DNA of 64,000 nt. It comes from a virus. How positions within the stretch are numbered: position 1 is the first letter of the stretch; the number at the start of each line of letters is the position of its first letter. The stretch covers positions 32,001 through 96,000 of IMG/VR virus record IMGVR_UViG_3300028920_000047; one strand, written 5' to 3'. Below, one piece after another: positions 29,147 through 38,782 of the stretch. Position numbers and translations under genes: made by a program. Under the pieces are notes generated by a model. It was given only the letters and a program-made list of their open reading frames with translations. It did not search any database and was not told the DNA's origin.

Positions 29147-32100
29147 ATGAAATTTATTATTAGCTCAGACCACCATCACCATAATTGGCGCCAATACGCT
29201 AAATATGTAAATGGTTATAATACAAGATTATTGGATAGTAAAAAAGCCCTGGAAATACTTTTTGAGGAAGCTTATAAAAGAAATATAAAATATCATTTAT
29301 TCGGTGGAGATTTATTTGAAACCTTTGGACAGGTTAAGAACGATGTAAAAAATACTATATTTGAAGTATTCGAAAAATCAGGTATAACTACTATTGCAAT
29401 ACCCGGTCAACATGATTATCAAAATAAATATACAATGCAGAAAAAAGATATAGCATTTTTAAAGTTTACTAAGCTGCAAAATTTCGTTTTACTGGATGAT
29501 AACTGTTATTGTATAGTGAACTCTATAAATAAGCAAAAAAACAGTATAATAAGCAAATATAAAGGTTTTACCATAAGTATTTATGGATTGGGTTATAGAC
29601 CAGTTATAAAATTTAATAGACTAATGCAAAATTTAACTACAAAATTTGATATTGGTTTATTTCATCAAACAGTAATTGGTTCTAATAGTGGACAAATCAC
29701 TTTTACCAGGGGTATAGATAAAGAAGCTTTTAATAGGTTTAAATTAGCAATAATAGGAGATATTCATAAACCACAGAGGTTAAAGCCTAACATATTGGTT
29801 CCAGGTTCATTATTACAGCAATCATTTCAAGATATTGGTAAACGTGGTTTTTGGATTTTAAATTTTAATCCCAATATTAAAAAATATAAGTTAGCTTTTA
29901 ATGAATTAAAAATTAGAAAATTTATTAAGGTCTCTTCGCCTGCAGAAATAAATGAAGATTCAGATAATTATTATTGGGTTGCCGGTGCGGGTAAAAAATT
30001 GAAAAATAAAGTAGCAAAGTTAAAAAATAAAACCAATATAAAAGTTGTACCGTTACCTGATACTAAAAAGCACAGGGAATTTAGTATTGAGGATAAAACT
30101 AATATAGAAACTATTATGAAAAACTACATCGATATTGAAGAAAAATTAAAGACGTTCTATTTAGTTACTTATAAGAACCAAAAGAAAGAGGACCGTGAAA
30201 CACAAATAATTTTTTCCAGAACAGCAATTAAAGAATTTAAAGAGAAGCATCCAAATTTTACTAATGTGAAATTTAAAAAACAAAATCTATTTAAAATAGA
30301 TAAAAAGAGATTAATTGAGTTTGCTAAAAAATATGTACCGAGAACAATAAGTAGAATTTTAAATATTAGTGACTATAGATTACAAAAAATAATTATAAAT
30401 AATTTTGGGCCTTTCCAAGGTAGACATAGTTTTAAATTACAAAATAATATATACACCTTTTCCGGTAAAGTGGGAGCAGGAAAAACCAGCTTTATAGGAG
30501 AAGCTGTTGAATGGTGTTTATTTGACTGTACCTCAAAAGATATATCTGTGAAAGAGATTATTAATAAGTTTGCTAAAAAAGATGGTTGGGTAAAACTTGT
30601 TCTCGAAAATAACAGGGGCAAATCATTAAAAATAAAACGTGGCCGGCAAACAAATGGTCAAACGAAGTTATTAAAAATATGGTCGAATAATAAGGAAATA
30701 ATGCCAGGGCAGGATACAGATGATTTAAATAGTAAGTTAGGTGATTTAATTGGTGTACCTCATTATATATATAAAATAATGAATTATTTTTCCCAGGAGA
30801 ACAATTCGTTTTTTAGTTCTGCTAAAGATAAGCAGCAAAAGGAAATTTGCACTTTATTACTTGGTCTGGAAATATGGGATAAAAGTTATGAAAAATTAAA
30901 TAGAGAATATAAGGGGATAAGCGACAAGATTGAAAGTTATAAACAACAATTAACCGATATAAAATCCAGAATAGAAGAGAATACAAAACTTTTAAATTTG
31001 GAACAAACAAACTATGATAAATTTGAAAAAGGCCGGGCTGTTCAAGTATCTGATTATGAAGCACAAATAAAAAAAATTGAAATAGATAAAAAACATTATT
31101 TACAAAAAGACAAACAATTACAGGCTGAAATTGCTAAACTTAGAAATAAAATTAAACCTCTACATATAGAAAAAGTTAAAGCTAATATCCAATTTACTGA
31201 AAAAGGAATTAAGACCTTAAATGAGAAGATTGAGGAGTTACAAAGTTTTATAGAGAAAAATAAAAATATAAAACAGAAGATACAAACTGTTAAAAAACAA
31301 CAAGCGGAAAATGAAAAAGAGAATGAGATAAAAAATAAAAAAATAAAACTTATTGAAGAACAAATAACCAAGTTAAATATTAAAGTTGATTTATTAGTAG
31401 AAACCCGGAATAAGCAAAATCAGATTTTAATTGATGTAGAAAAAAATAAAAATAAACCTTTGTGCGAATATTGTGGAGCTAAATTAACTAAGGTTAATAT
31501 TCAAAAACATATTACCAAAATTAAAAAAGAGTTGAAAACTAACAAAAACAGCCAGGATAAAATAATCTGGCAGAAGCAAACCCTACAAAAACAAATTGAA
31601 AAAATTGAAGACTCTAAAAAGGAAATTGATTTTGATATTGAATCAAATATTAAAGCTTTAGAAAACAGGTTAGAAAAAAAATTAGAGAAGGAAAAGGAAA
31701 TCAAAAAACTAAAAAATTGTAAAAAAGAACAATCTGAAAAACAATTAAATTTATTAAATATATTAACAGAAGAAGAGGAGAAGAGGGTTAATAATGAAAA
31801 AGTAGAAGAAAAAGTCGACACGCTGCAAAAAAAATTGTATAAAGTTGAAGCTCAAATAGAGATTCAAGATGTGGACCACGAGGAACTTAAAAATACATTG
31901 AATGATTGTATTAAATCAGAAAATCCACATTATAATACTATAGATAATTTAAATAAAAAAATAAAACAATTTGAAAAACAGCAGGATGATTTTTTAACCT
32001 GGTTAGGTGATATATATGAAAAGGATATAATTTATAAATTTTGGTTAAAAGGATTTTCAGACCAGGGTATAAAAAGTTATTTACTTGACGAATTTGCCGA

Positions 32101-32557
32101 GAAGTTTAATGGTTTAATGAACCCATATTTAATAAGGATATCAGAGGGTGAATTAACTTCCAAACTTGATACTCAAAAACAATTAGCTAATGGAGAATTG
32201 CGTGAAAAATTTGATTTTGAATTTTACCGTAACGGTTTACCTCATACCTATAAAAATTTATCCGGTGGACAAAAAGATGAGGTCAATGTAAGCTCTATGA
32301 TGGCGTTATTAAAAATATGTAAGGAGAAATTTAAGCTGCAATCCATACCTTTGGGTTATATTGTCCTTGATGAAATGTTTAAATTTTTTGATACGGATAA
32401 AATTAGAGCTACTGTAGAATTATTAAAAGAGGAATTAGACGATACCTTTGTTGGTATTATTTGTCATAACGATGAGGTAAAAAATGTTATAGATAATGAT
32501 ATACAAGTTGAATATGATTTTGATAAAAATACTTCATATTTAATTAAAGAGGGTTAA
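29147..32557 (+). CDS. fused SbcD-SbcC (Mre11-Rad50, gp47-gp46-like) nuclease/ATPase
   Basis: metallophosphoesterase motifs SDHH, GGDLFE, PGQHD, GDIH; Walker A GKVGAGKTS; coiled coil with CEYC zinc hook; LSGGQ signature, VLDE Walker B, ICH switch. Confidence 0.92.
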   Translation: MKFIISSDHHHHNWRQYAKYVNGYNTRLLDSKKALEILFEEAYKRNIKYHLFGGDLFETFGQVKNDVKNTIFEVFEKSGITTIAIPGQHDYQNKYTMQKKDIAFLKFTKLQNFVLLDDNCYCIVNSINKQKNSIISKYKGFTISIYGLGYRPVIKFNRLMQNLTTKFDIGLFHQTVIGSNSGQITFTRGIDKEAFNRFKLAIIGDIHKPQRLKPNILVPGSLLQQSFQDIGKRGFWILNFNPNIKKYKLAFNELKIRKFIKVSSPAEINEDSDNYYWVAGAGKKLKNKVAKLKNKTNIKVVPLPDTKKHREFSIEDKTNIETIMKNYIDIEEKLKTFYLVTYKNQKKEDRETQIIFSRTAIKEFKEKHPNFTNVKFKKQNLFKIDKKRLIEFAKKYVPRTISRILNISDYRLQKIIINNFGPFQGRHSFKLQNNIYTFSGKVGAGKTSFIGEAVEWCLFDCTSKDISVKEIINKFAKKDGWVKLVLENNRGKSLKIKRGRQTNGQTKLLKIWSNNKEIMPGQDTDDLNSKLGDLIGVPHYIYKIMNYFSQENNSFFSSAKDKQQKEICTLLLGLEIWDKSYEKLNREYKGISDKIESYKQQLTDIKSRIEENTKLLNLEQTNYDKFEKGRAVQVSDYEAQIKKIEIDKKHYLQKDKQLQAEIAKLRNKIKPLHIEKVKANIQFTEKGIKTLNEKIEELQSFIEKNKNIKQKIQTVKKQQAENEKENEIKNKKIKLIEEQITKLNIKVDLLVETRNKQNQILIDVEKNKNKPLCEYCGAKLTKVNIQKHITKIKKELKTNKNSQDKIIWQKQTLQKQIEKIEDSKKEIDFDIESNIKALENRLEKKLEKEKEIKKLKNCKKEQSEKQLNLLNILTEEEEKRVNNEKVEEKVDTLQKKLYKVEAQIEIQDVDHEELKNTLNDCIKSENPHYNTIDNLNKKIKQFEKQQDDFLTWLGDIYEKDIIYKFWLKGFSDQGIKSYLLDEFAEKFNGLMNPYLIRISEGELTSKLDTQKQLANGELREKFDFEFYRNGLPHTYKNLSGGQKDEVNVSSMMALLKICKEKFKLQSIPLGYIVLDEMFKFFDTDKIRATVELLKEELDDTFVGIICHNDEVKNVIDNDIQVEYDFDKNTSYLIKEG

Positions 32558-32559
32558 AA

Positions 32560-32880
32560 ATGAGTTATAACGGATGTATAATAGCCATTGGTAAATTTAA
32601 TCATAATATAAAATATGATTTAGAATATCCAGATGAATATTATAACAATACAAAAAAGGGAACAACTGTTTTAACTCATTTATGTTATTGTGAAACATCT
32701 TCTAAAACGGAGGAACTCGCTAATGCTATAAATTGTGAGATATTAAATTTTAATACTCACGAATTGAATCCTAATGACTTTAACTATGATATACTTGATG
32801 ATTTATTTCCTGACGATATTAGTAGACTGGTTAAATTAGTAAAAAATAATTTCAAATTTTATTTTATGCCAGACGGGTGA
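32560..32880 (+). CDS. hypothetical protein
   Basis: 106-aa ORF in the operon. Confidence 0.65.
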   Translation: MSYNGCIIAIGKFNHNIKYDLEYPDEYYNNTKKGTTVLTHLCYCETSSKTEELANAINCEILNFNTHELNPNDFNYDILDDLFPDDISRLVKLVKNNFKFYFMPDG

Positions 32881-32884
32881 AAAA

Positions 32885-33250
32885 ATGAATTTAGGTATTG
32901 TAGGTAGCAGAAACCGAAATACAGATAAAGATAAACTTATTATTCGGCATCAAATCCATTTGTTAAAACCTGACAAAATTATATCCGGCGGGTGTAGCCA
33001 AGGTGCTGATAAATTTGCGGAAGAATTAGCCGAAGAGTTAGGCATTCCTATAAAAATATTTTATCCCGAGTTAATCGGGTGTAAAAAGTATTATGATTAT
33101 ATAAGAGCGTATTATTCAAGAAATAAAAAAGTAGCCAATGCTTCAGATAAATTATTAGCATTAGTGACTAAAGATAGAAAAGGTGGAACAGAGAATACAA
33201 TTCGACATTTTCTTGTTAATCATTCTGATGAGGATTTGATTTTGAAATAA
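32885..33250 (+). CDS. SLOG-family (YspA/DprA-like) protein
   Basis: LGIVGSRN, IISGGCSQGADKFAE, RNKKV..SD.LLA, GGTENTI. Confidence 0.75.
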   Translation: MNLGIVGSRNRNTDKDKLIIRHQIHLLKPDKIISGGCSQGADKFAEELAEELGIPIKIFYPELIGCKKYYDYIRAYYSRNKKVANASDKLLALVTKDRKGGTENTIRHFLVNHSDEDLILK

Positions 33251-33266
33251 AAGGAGAAATAACAAA

Positions 33267-33761
33267 ATGAAGGCGGAAAATAATCTTGTTTTTCTAAATA
33301 TTTTTAATTATTTGTTAAGATTAGGAATTAAAAATATCTTAATAGCAAATCAGAGAATTATCGAATATCTGGATGTAGCTATTACTACAGGTACTCAAGG
33401 GTTTAAGGATTTTCAAGAAATAATTAATGTTTTACAGAATGTGGCTGATGATGAAATTGCGTTTATACATGACATAAAAATTAATCCCGATTATAATGAA
33501 GCCTACGATTTTTTCCCTTCTCCAAATTATAATGAAGCCTACGATTTTTTCCCTTCTCCAAAAAATAAATTACTTATGACCTGGGGAAGAAAAAAATATC
33601 CTTTGGATTGGTTTGATGAGGAAAAAGAAAAAATTAAATTTATTTTAAATATGATGATACCATATAAAGGAAAAGATTCTGTAAATTTAAAAATTGGTGA
33701 TACTAATATACTAATAAATCAAAATAAATTGGATAAAATAATTACAATACTAAATGAGTAA
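33267..33761 (+). CDS. hypothetical protein with an internal 12-aa duplication
   Basis: AGGAG RBS; YNEAYDFFPSP occurs twice. Confidence 0.65.
   Translation: MKAENNLVFLNIFNYLLRLGIKNILIANQRIIEYLDVAITTGTQGFKDFQEIINVLQNVADDEIAFIHDIKINPDYNEAYDFFPSPNYNEAYDFFPSPKNKLLMTWGRKKYPLDWFDEEKEKIKFILNMMIPYKGKDSVNLKIGDTNILINQNKLDKIITILNE
33490..33561 (+). repeat. perfect 36-bp tandem duplication
   Basis: ATTATAATGAAGCCTACGATTTTTTCCCTTCTCCAA x2. Confidence 0.9.
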
Positions 33762-33775
33762 GGGAGGTTTAAAAG

Positions 33776-34087
33776 ATGGAATACTATCAGCAAGGTGATG
33801 TATTAATTAAAAAAATTAACAAATTACCAGATAACGCGTTTCAAATTAAAACAAATGTTTTAGTAACTGGTGAATTAACAGGGCATGCTCATAGAGTGGA
33901 TAACCGTGGCAAAGTATTTAAACATGGTAATAGAATCTTACCATTTTTGGTGAACGATACTGATTACGAAATCGAAATAATCCACGAAGAACATCATACT
34001 ATAAAAATTCCTCCAGGTATATTTAAAATAGACAAGGTAAAGGAATATGACCATTTTGTCGAGGAAGTTAGACAGGTACGGGATTAA
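33776..34087 (+). CDS. conserved His-rich small protein (usual partner of DUF6745-like genes)
   Basis: YQQGDV, GELTGHAH, HEEH, EYD motifs. Confidence 0.7.
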   Translation: MEYYQQGDVLIKKINKLPDNAFQIKTNVLVTGELTGHAHRVDNRGKVFKHGNRILPFLVNDTDYEIEIIHEEHHTIKIPPGIFKIDKVKEYDHFVEEVRQVRD

Positions 34088-34088
34088 T

Positions 34089-35171
34089 ATGATTGAAAAT
34101 GTTCAGAGATTATTTGGTAAAGAATTTACTCATAGTTGGCTACGGGATACTACTGCGAATAATGAAAAAGTTGTTAAACATCATTTAGAAACCGCTTTTG
34201 ATAAAGAGTGTGTAGTGTGTAAAAGTCAAGTAACAGCTATGAATTATATGTATAAAAATTTACTTGAGCAGGCGAATAAAGAGTATGATAAAATAAAACA
34301 AACAATTCATAATCAAGTTAGTAATATCGTCAAAAACGAAATGATAAACCTGGGTGATTTTAATTATTTTACAGCCCACGCAGCAAATAAAGATGGTAAA
34401 GATTGGGTAGAAATCATAACGTTCCGGGAATTGATACCATTTCGACGCCGTCCGCCTGGTGGAATATTTTATATGGATATGGCTTATGGTGCTGGTAAAT
34501 CAAATTTTTCGGCCAATGCAGACTTCGATATACCCCGCCGCCACGCGCTCAACCCGTTCGCCGCCTATCTGCCAAACCAAAGTCTCGAAAATACTATAAA
34601 AGAAGTAACAAATAAAATTTTTAATCAAAATATAAAAAAGCTATATCAAATTTATAGTCATATATTTAAACAATTAATTATAAATGGATTATTTTCATTA
34701 TGGTTGACATCTGATAAAGTTGTTGCTGTACTTAAACCACAAATGTATTTTAATAACCAGGAACAACTACATTACAATGGAGATGGGGCTGTTGTTTGGG
34801 AGGATGGTAGTAAATATTATTTTCTAAATGGTATTAATGTGCCAGAGGAAATAGCTATTACTCCTCATAGATTATTGAATCCAAAATTATTATTAACTGA
34901 AACAAATGCTGAGATAAGAAGAGAAATAGTTAGAAAAATAGGTATAGAAAGAGTTTGCGATGAGTTAAACGCTTATACAAAGGATACCTATGGAGATTAT
35001 GAATTATTATTATTGGATATTGGTGATAGACGACAACGGCCTTATCTAAAAATGAAAAATCCAAGTTTAGGAGTATATGTAATAGAAGGAGTTCATCCAC
35101 AATGTAATACCGTTTTACAAGCATTAGCTTGGCGAAACGGTGAGGTGGATTTACCGCAGGTACTAACATGA
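34089..35171 (+). CDS. DUF6745-like domain protein
   Basis: QLH..GDGAVVWEDG..YFLNGINVP, NAEIRR, YLKMKNPS..Y..GV..C.TV.QALAW; start taken at MIENVQ. Confidence 0.65.
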   Translation: MIENVQRLFGKEFTHSWLRDTTANNEKVVKHHLETAFDKECVVCKSQVTAMNYMYKNLLEQANKEYDKIKQTIHNQVSNIVKNEMINLGDFNYFTAHAANKDGKDWVEIITFRELIPFRRRPPGGIFYMDMAYGAGKSNFSANADFDIPRRHALNPFAAYLPNQSLENTIKEVTNKIFNQNIKKLYQIYSHIFKQLIINGLFSLWLTSDKVVAVLKPQMYFNNQEQLHYNGDGAVVWEDGSKYYFLNGINVPEEIAITPHRLLNPKLLLTETNAEIRREIVRKIGIERVCDELNAYTKDTYGDYELLLLDIGDRRQRPYLKMKNPSLGVYVIEGVHPQCNTVLQALAWRNGEVDLPQVLT

Positions 35172-35905
35172 TTTATAAAAGTAAAAAAAATAATTTTTTA
35201 AAAATAATGAGTATGGATTTATCGTTAACGGGTTCCGCTATTTTTACCGGTTATTTAAATATGGATAATTCAATTATTCAAGAGCTTAAAGCGCTTGTGT
35301 ATTATGATAATAAAAAATGGTTTAAAAATAAAAAGCAGAATCTAAACATAAAGTCCATATATTATAAAGTCAAAAGCCCTGTTACTTATAACAAAAAATT
35401 ACAGAGATTAAAAATATTATATACCGAAATAACCAGCTTCATAAAACAGTGTAATCCGGATTATATAGCTTTGGAGGGTTATGCTTACGCTGCTAAAGGT
35501 GCTGTGATAGATATTGCTGAATTTATAGGTTCTATAAAAAATTATATATATTCTCACAAATATAAACTAAGAATATATCAGCCCCAGGAACCAAAAATGT
35601 TTATAACTGATAAAGGTAATGCAGATAAAGAACAAATGTTAAATATGGTAAAAGAAAAGTTTGGTATTGATTTTTCTAAATTTGGAATTGAAGTAAAAAA
35701 GAAAACATTTTCTGGTCCCGGTTTTGATTTAACAGATGCTTATAGTATATTACAATTATTAAAAACAGAATTATTGTTAAGATATGGTAAACTCGATAAA
35801 GACCAATTAACCTTAAAACAAATAGAGGTATTTAATAGAGTAACAAAAAAGAAGAAAGTAAATTTATTAGTGGAACAATTTATTTATGAAAAAGAAGAAG
35901 ATTGA
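35168..35905 (+). CDS. RuvC-like Holliday junction resolvase
   Basis: MDLSLTGSA, IALEGY, GNADKEQM, DLTDAY acidic residues. Confidence 0.8.
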   Translation: MIYKSKKNNFLKIMSMDLSLTGSAIFTGYLNMDNSIIQELKALVYYDNKKWFKNKKQNLNIKSIYYKVKSPVTYNKKLQRLKILYTEITSFIKQCNPDYIALEGYAYAAKGAVIDIAEFIGSIKNYIYSHKYKLRIYQPQEPKMFITDKGNADKEQMLNMVKEKFGIDFSKFGIEVKKKTFSGPGFDLTDAYSILQLLKTELLLRYGKLDKDQLTLKQIEVFNRVTKKKKVNLLVEQFIYEKEED

Positions 35906-36524
35906 ACATTTTGCAAAAAAAGCGAATGTAACAGATGGTGATATTTTGATAAATTTTATACATGAGTATAATAAAAATAATTTAAAGAAATCGTTTGAAA
36001 TATTATTTCCATATCTTAAACAAAATATAAATATTAGAATAACCAGATTATTTGATTATAGCCGTGAATATTTATCTAAAGAGGACCGAGAAGATATTAC
36101 TTATAACATTTTATTACATTTTTATGAAATGATATTAAATAAAAAAATTAACACTACTAATTATAAAACATTATTTCCATTTTTAAAGAAAACTATTCAT
36201 GGTAAAATTTTAAATGAATTTAAAAAGTTATATTCAATAGATGGAAACAAGATAATATATTTATCACCTGAAAAATTTAGTGCAAAATATAATAATCTTA
36301 CCTATAATGATAATCTGACTAAGTGGATAATTTTAAAAATTGATTTTGAAGATATAAAATGTAAACACAAAAGCAGTATAAAGAAAATTTTTAAATTTTT
36401 ACATAGTGTTGGTAATGAAAAAATATCAATAGAAAGACGGAGAAGAATATATCGAGCCATACGTAAAAAAATTGTTGATAATTATTTTAAAAAAGGTATA
36501 ATAAAGGAGGTTCATTTTTTTTGA
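35886..36524 (+). CDS. putative sigma-factor-like transcription protein
   Basis: region-2-like 'EDREDI..ILLHFYE..TLFPFL..IHGKILNEF' and a C-terminal basic helix. Confidence 0.4.
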   Translation: MKKKKIEHFAKKANVTDGDILINFIHEYNKNNLKKSFEILFPYLKQNINIRITRLFDYSREYLSKEDREDITYNILLHFYEMILNKKINTTNYKTLFPFLKKTIHGKILNEFKKLYSIDGNKIIYLSPEKFSAKYNNLTYNDNLTKWIILKIDFEDIKCKHKSSIKKIFKFLHSVGNEKISIERRRRIYRAIRKKIVDNYFKKGIIKEVHFF

Positions 36525-36904
36525 AAATAGATTATTTTGAAATGGTAGTATTATGTTTTTATTTTTATAAAAAACGATATAAAATATTATTTGATATATA
36601 TCTGGTTTTAGGTGAACAAAATACTTTAAATTTTATAGAAAATTTTGCAGGAGAAACTATAAATATACCATCAATAAAAAAAATTAAAAATGTTATTCGA
36701 GATATATATATCTATAACCAAATAAAGAATACTAAAAAGAGAATCGGTAAAAAAAGTTGTAAATGGGATAAAACAATTTGTGAAAGTTTAATGAATAGAT
36801 TTAATATAAGTTTACATAATTTACGTATGGTTTATTATAAAATAAAAAAAATTGAACAAAAGTTTCAAAAAAATTATGAAATTAAAAAAGCAGACAACTT
36901 ATAA
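36521..36904 (+). CDS. Mor-like transcription activator
   Basis: FIENFAGETINIP..RDIYIY and a C-terminal HTH-like segment. Confidence 0.55.
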   Translation: MKIDYFEMVVLCFYFYKKRYKILFDIYLVLGEQNTLNFIENFAGETINIPSIKKIKNVIRDIYIYNQIKNTKKRIGKKSCKWDKTICESLMNRFNISLHNLRMVYYKIKKIEQKFQKNYEIKKADNL

Positions 36905-37457
36905 AATTTTTTGTAAAAAAAATATTATAATAAATTCTAAAACATTAGATAAAATTAACGATTTAAATCAAAATGAAATAGTTATAAGCCCTAACCTTGA
37001 AAAATTTTTAAACAGTCAAGCGATGATAACCGCCAAAGTTGAAAATGTATTAAAAAGGGAATTAGATAAAATTGATGTTGATAAAGAAATAATATTAAGA
37101 TTACTATTAAGAAAAAGAATTAATGATTTAACCAAACTTTTAAAAGTGAATAGTAAATTTGTAAAAGAGCTGGAAAATATTGATTTAGTAAATATATCAG
37201 AATATAAATTATTAGAATTATTAAAAATTACTTCCAGTGAAATAAATGTAGCAAAAAATGATTTGACTCAAATAGAACTAAAACCTATAAATCTTAAAAA
37301 GAAATTAACCGAGGAGGAAGAGCATCTTTCACTGAAAAAAGAAGAAAATGAACTATACTTGAATTTACCTAAATCATCACGTATTAAACTTATGATGATT
37401 ATCGAATCAATGGGTAATAATCCAAAATTAGTTAATGAAATTATTGCTGAAAAATAG
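36876..37457 (+). CDS. hypothetical helical protein
   Basis: ORF in the operon; start uncertain. Confidence 0.55.
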   Translation: MKLKKQTTYKIFCKKNIIINSKTLDKINDLNQNEIVISPNLEKFLNSQAMITAKVENVLKRELDKIDVDKEIILRLLLRKRINDLTKLLKVNSKFVKELENIDLVNISEYKLLELLKITSSEINVAKNDLTQIELKPINLKKKLTEEEEHLSLKKEENELYLNLPKSSRIKLMMIIESMGNNPKLVNEIIAEK

Positions 37458-37490
37458 TATTATAGTAAAATAAATAGGAGGTAGTTTATT

Positions 37491-38204
37491 ATGAAAATAA
37501 ACCGAGAAGTATTTTTAAAATATCTTAATAGTATCTTTTGTGACGGATTAGTTGAAGTTGTAATATTAGAACAAAATTTATCATTTACCCTGGAGCAGCC
37601 ACCGGGTGATTCAGAAATTATTATGAGTGGAATATATCCTGGAAAAGTACAAGGTAGCCAGTTAAGTATTGGAGACTTAAATTTATTTAGAACAATAATA
37701 AGAAAACTACAAGCAAAACAAGAAGAAATCAGTTTAATTAAAAAAGAGAATAGAATTAGTATTACTGCTCAAGAGGGTAAATACTTATACCTTTTAGCAG
37801 ATATAGATTATGCAGATAACAGAGTAAAAGGAAAGCGAAAAAAAATATTATTACAAGGTAGTACTGAAAAAGCGCCTCGGTTATTATTATCAAATGAGCA
37901 AAAACAAAACATTATAAAATCGATTGAGATTTTAAACCCTTCTGAAATAATGATAGAAACAGAACAAAATAAGCTTCTAATCTCAATTGGTACCGAGCAG
38001 GAACATCAATGTAAAATTGAAATTAAACAAAGAAAGAAAATGCGAAAAATAGAACCACTTATTTATAATCCTCGCCATATTTCAGGTATACTTAAAAATA
38101 ATGACCTGATAAAACTGAGAATACTTAAAAGTGGTGTGTTGCACATAATTGGAGATTATGTTGAATACTTTTTGGCCAGTTTAGTAGTAGATGACGAAAT
38201 ATAA
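37491..38204 (+). CDS. putative DNA sliding clamp (gp45/PCNA-like)
   Basis: 237 aa with an alternating alpha/beta pattern, C-terminal VEYFLAS, close to the clamp loader; AGGAGG RBS. Confidence 0.55.
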   Translation: MKINREVFLKYLNSIFCDGLVEVVILEQNLSFTLEQPPGDSEIIMSGIYPGKVQGSQLSIGDLNLFRTIIRKLQAKQEEISLIKKENRISITAQEGKYLYLLADIDYADNRVKGKRKKILLQGSTEKAPRLLLSNEQKQNIIKSIEILNPSEIMIETEQNKLLISIGTEQEHQCKIEIKQRKKMRKIEPLIYNPRHISGILKNNDLIKLRILKSGVLHIIGDYVEYFLASLVVDDEI

Positions 38205-38222
38205 TGAAAGGAGGAAATAAAA

Positions 38223-38570
38223 ATGATTAAAACTATCAAAGGAAAAGATATGGTTGAGATAACTACTCAACTACAAACTTTTCTACAGGATAACGAAGTG
38301 GCTGCACGAACTGTAAAAATTGATTTTATAACATTAGATTATGGAAATATTATTTTCATAATCGAAGTTGATTATCTTGAACTAAGTGATATACCGGAAG
38401 ATATGAGACCAAACCCAAATCAACTTGTTACCTTAATCAATCAATCAAGTTTAGTGGAATTTGAAAAAGCGGTGAATCAGGCGGTAAAGCCGAATTCCAT
38501 TTATGATACACTTTATGCTTTTTCACATAATACAATTTATAATTTAGCAATTATTATTGATAACGAATAA
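38223..38570 (+). CDS. hypothetical protein
   Basis: 115 aa, AGGAGG RBS. Confidence 0.65.
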   Translation: MIKTIKGKDMVEITTQLQTFLQDNEVAARTVKIDFITLDYGNIIFIIEVDYLELSDIPEDMRPNPNQLVTLINQSSLVEFEKAVNQAVKPNSIYDTLYAFSHNTIYNLAIIIDNE

Positions 38571-38577
38571 TAGGTAA

Positions 38578-38759
38578 GGGCAGGTGTGGTGGAAATGGGA
38601 AAGAAGTGTTGGCGGCTGCTAATAACCTTTTCTGACACAACAACGGTTAGCGACCGTAGGCTGCTCACGGCGTAGAGTGAGGATGCGGGTTATACTTACT
38701 TGTAATAAAGAAGTAGCTAATCTAAATTATTAGTGGGTTATATTCCCGCCACCTGCCCA
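38578..38759 (+). ncRNA. tRNA-like structured RNA with a ~135-nt multi-hairpin insert
   Basis: acceptor-like stem (GG)GCAGGTG/CACCTGC(CC); D-arm-like TGGTGGAAATGG; T-arm GTGGG-TTATATT-CCCGC; GC-rich island in an AT-rich intergenic gap. Confidence 0.65.
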
Positions 38760-38782
38760 CTTATTTAAAGGAGTAAACTAAA

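Noticed and set aside
33490-33561. CRISPR array
   Set aside because: Two abutting 36-bp copies with no spacer, in frame within a CDS; no cas genes.
38578-38759. Canonical tRNA or tmRNA
   Set aside because: No 7-nt anticodon loop in position, a non-canonical T-loop, no G3-U70 pair and no convincing tag ORF; kept only as a tRNA-like ncRNA.
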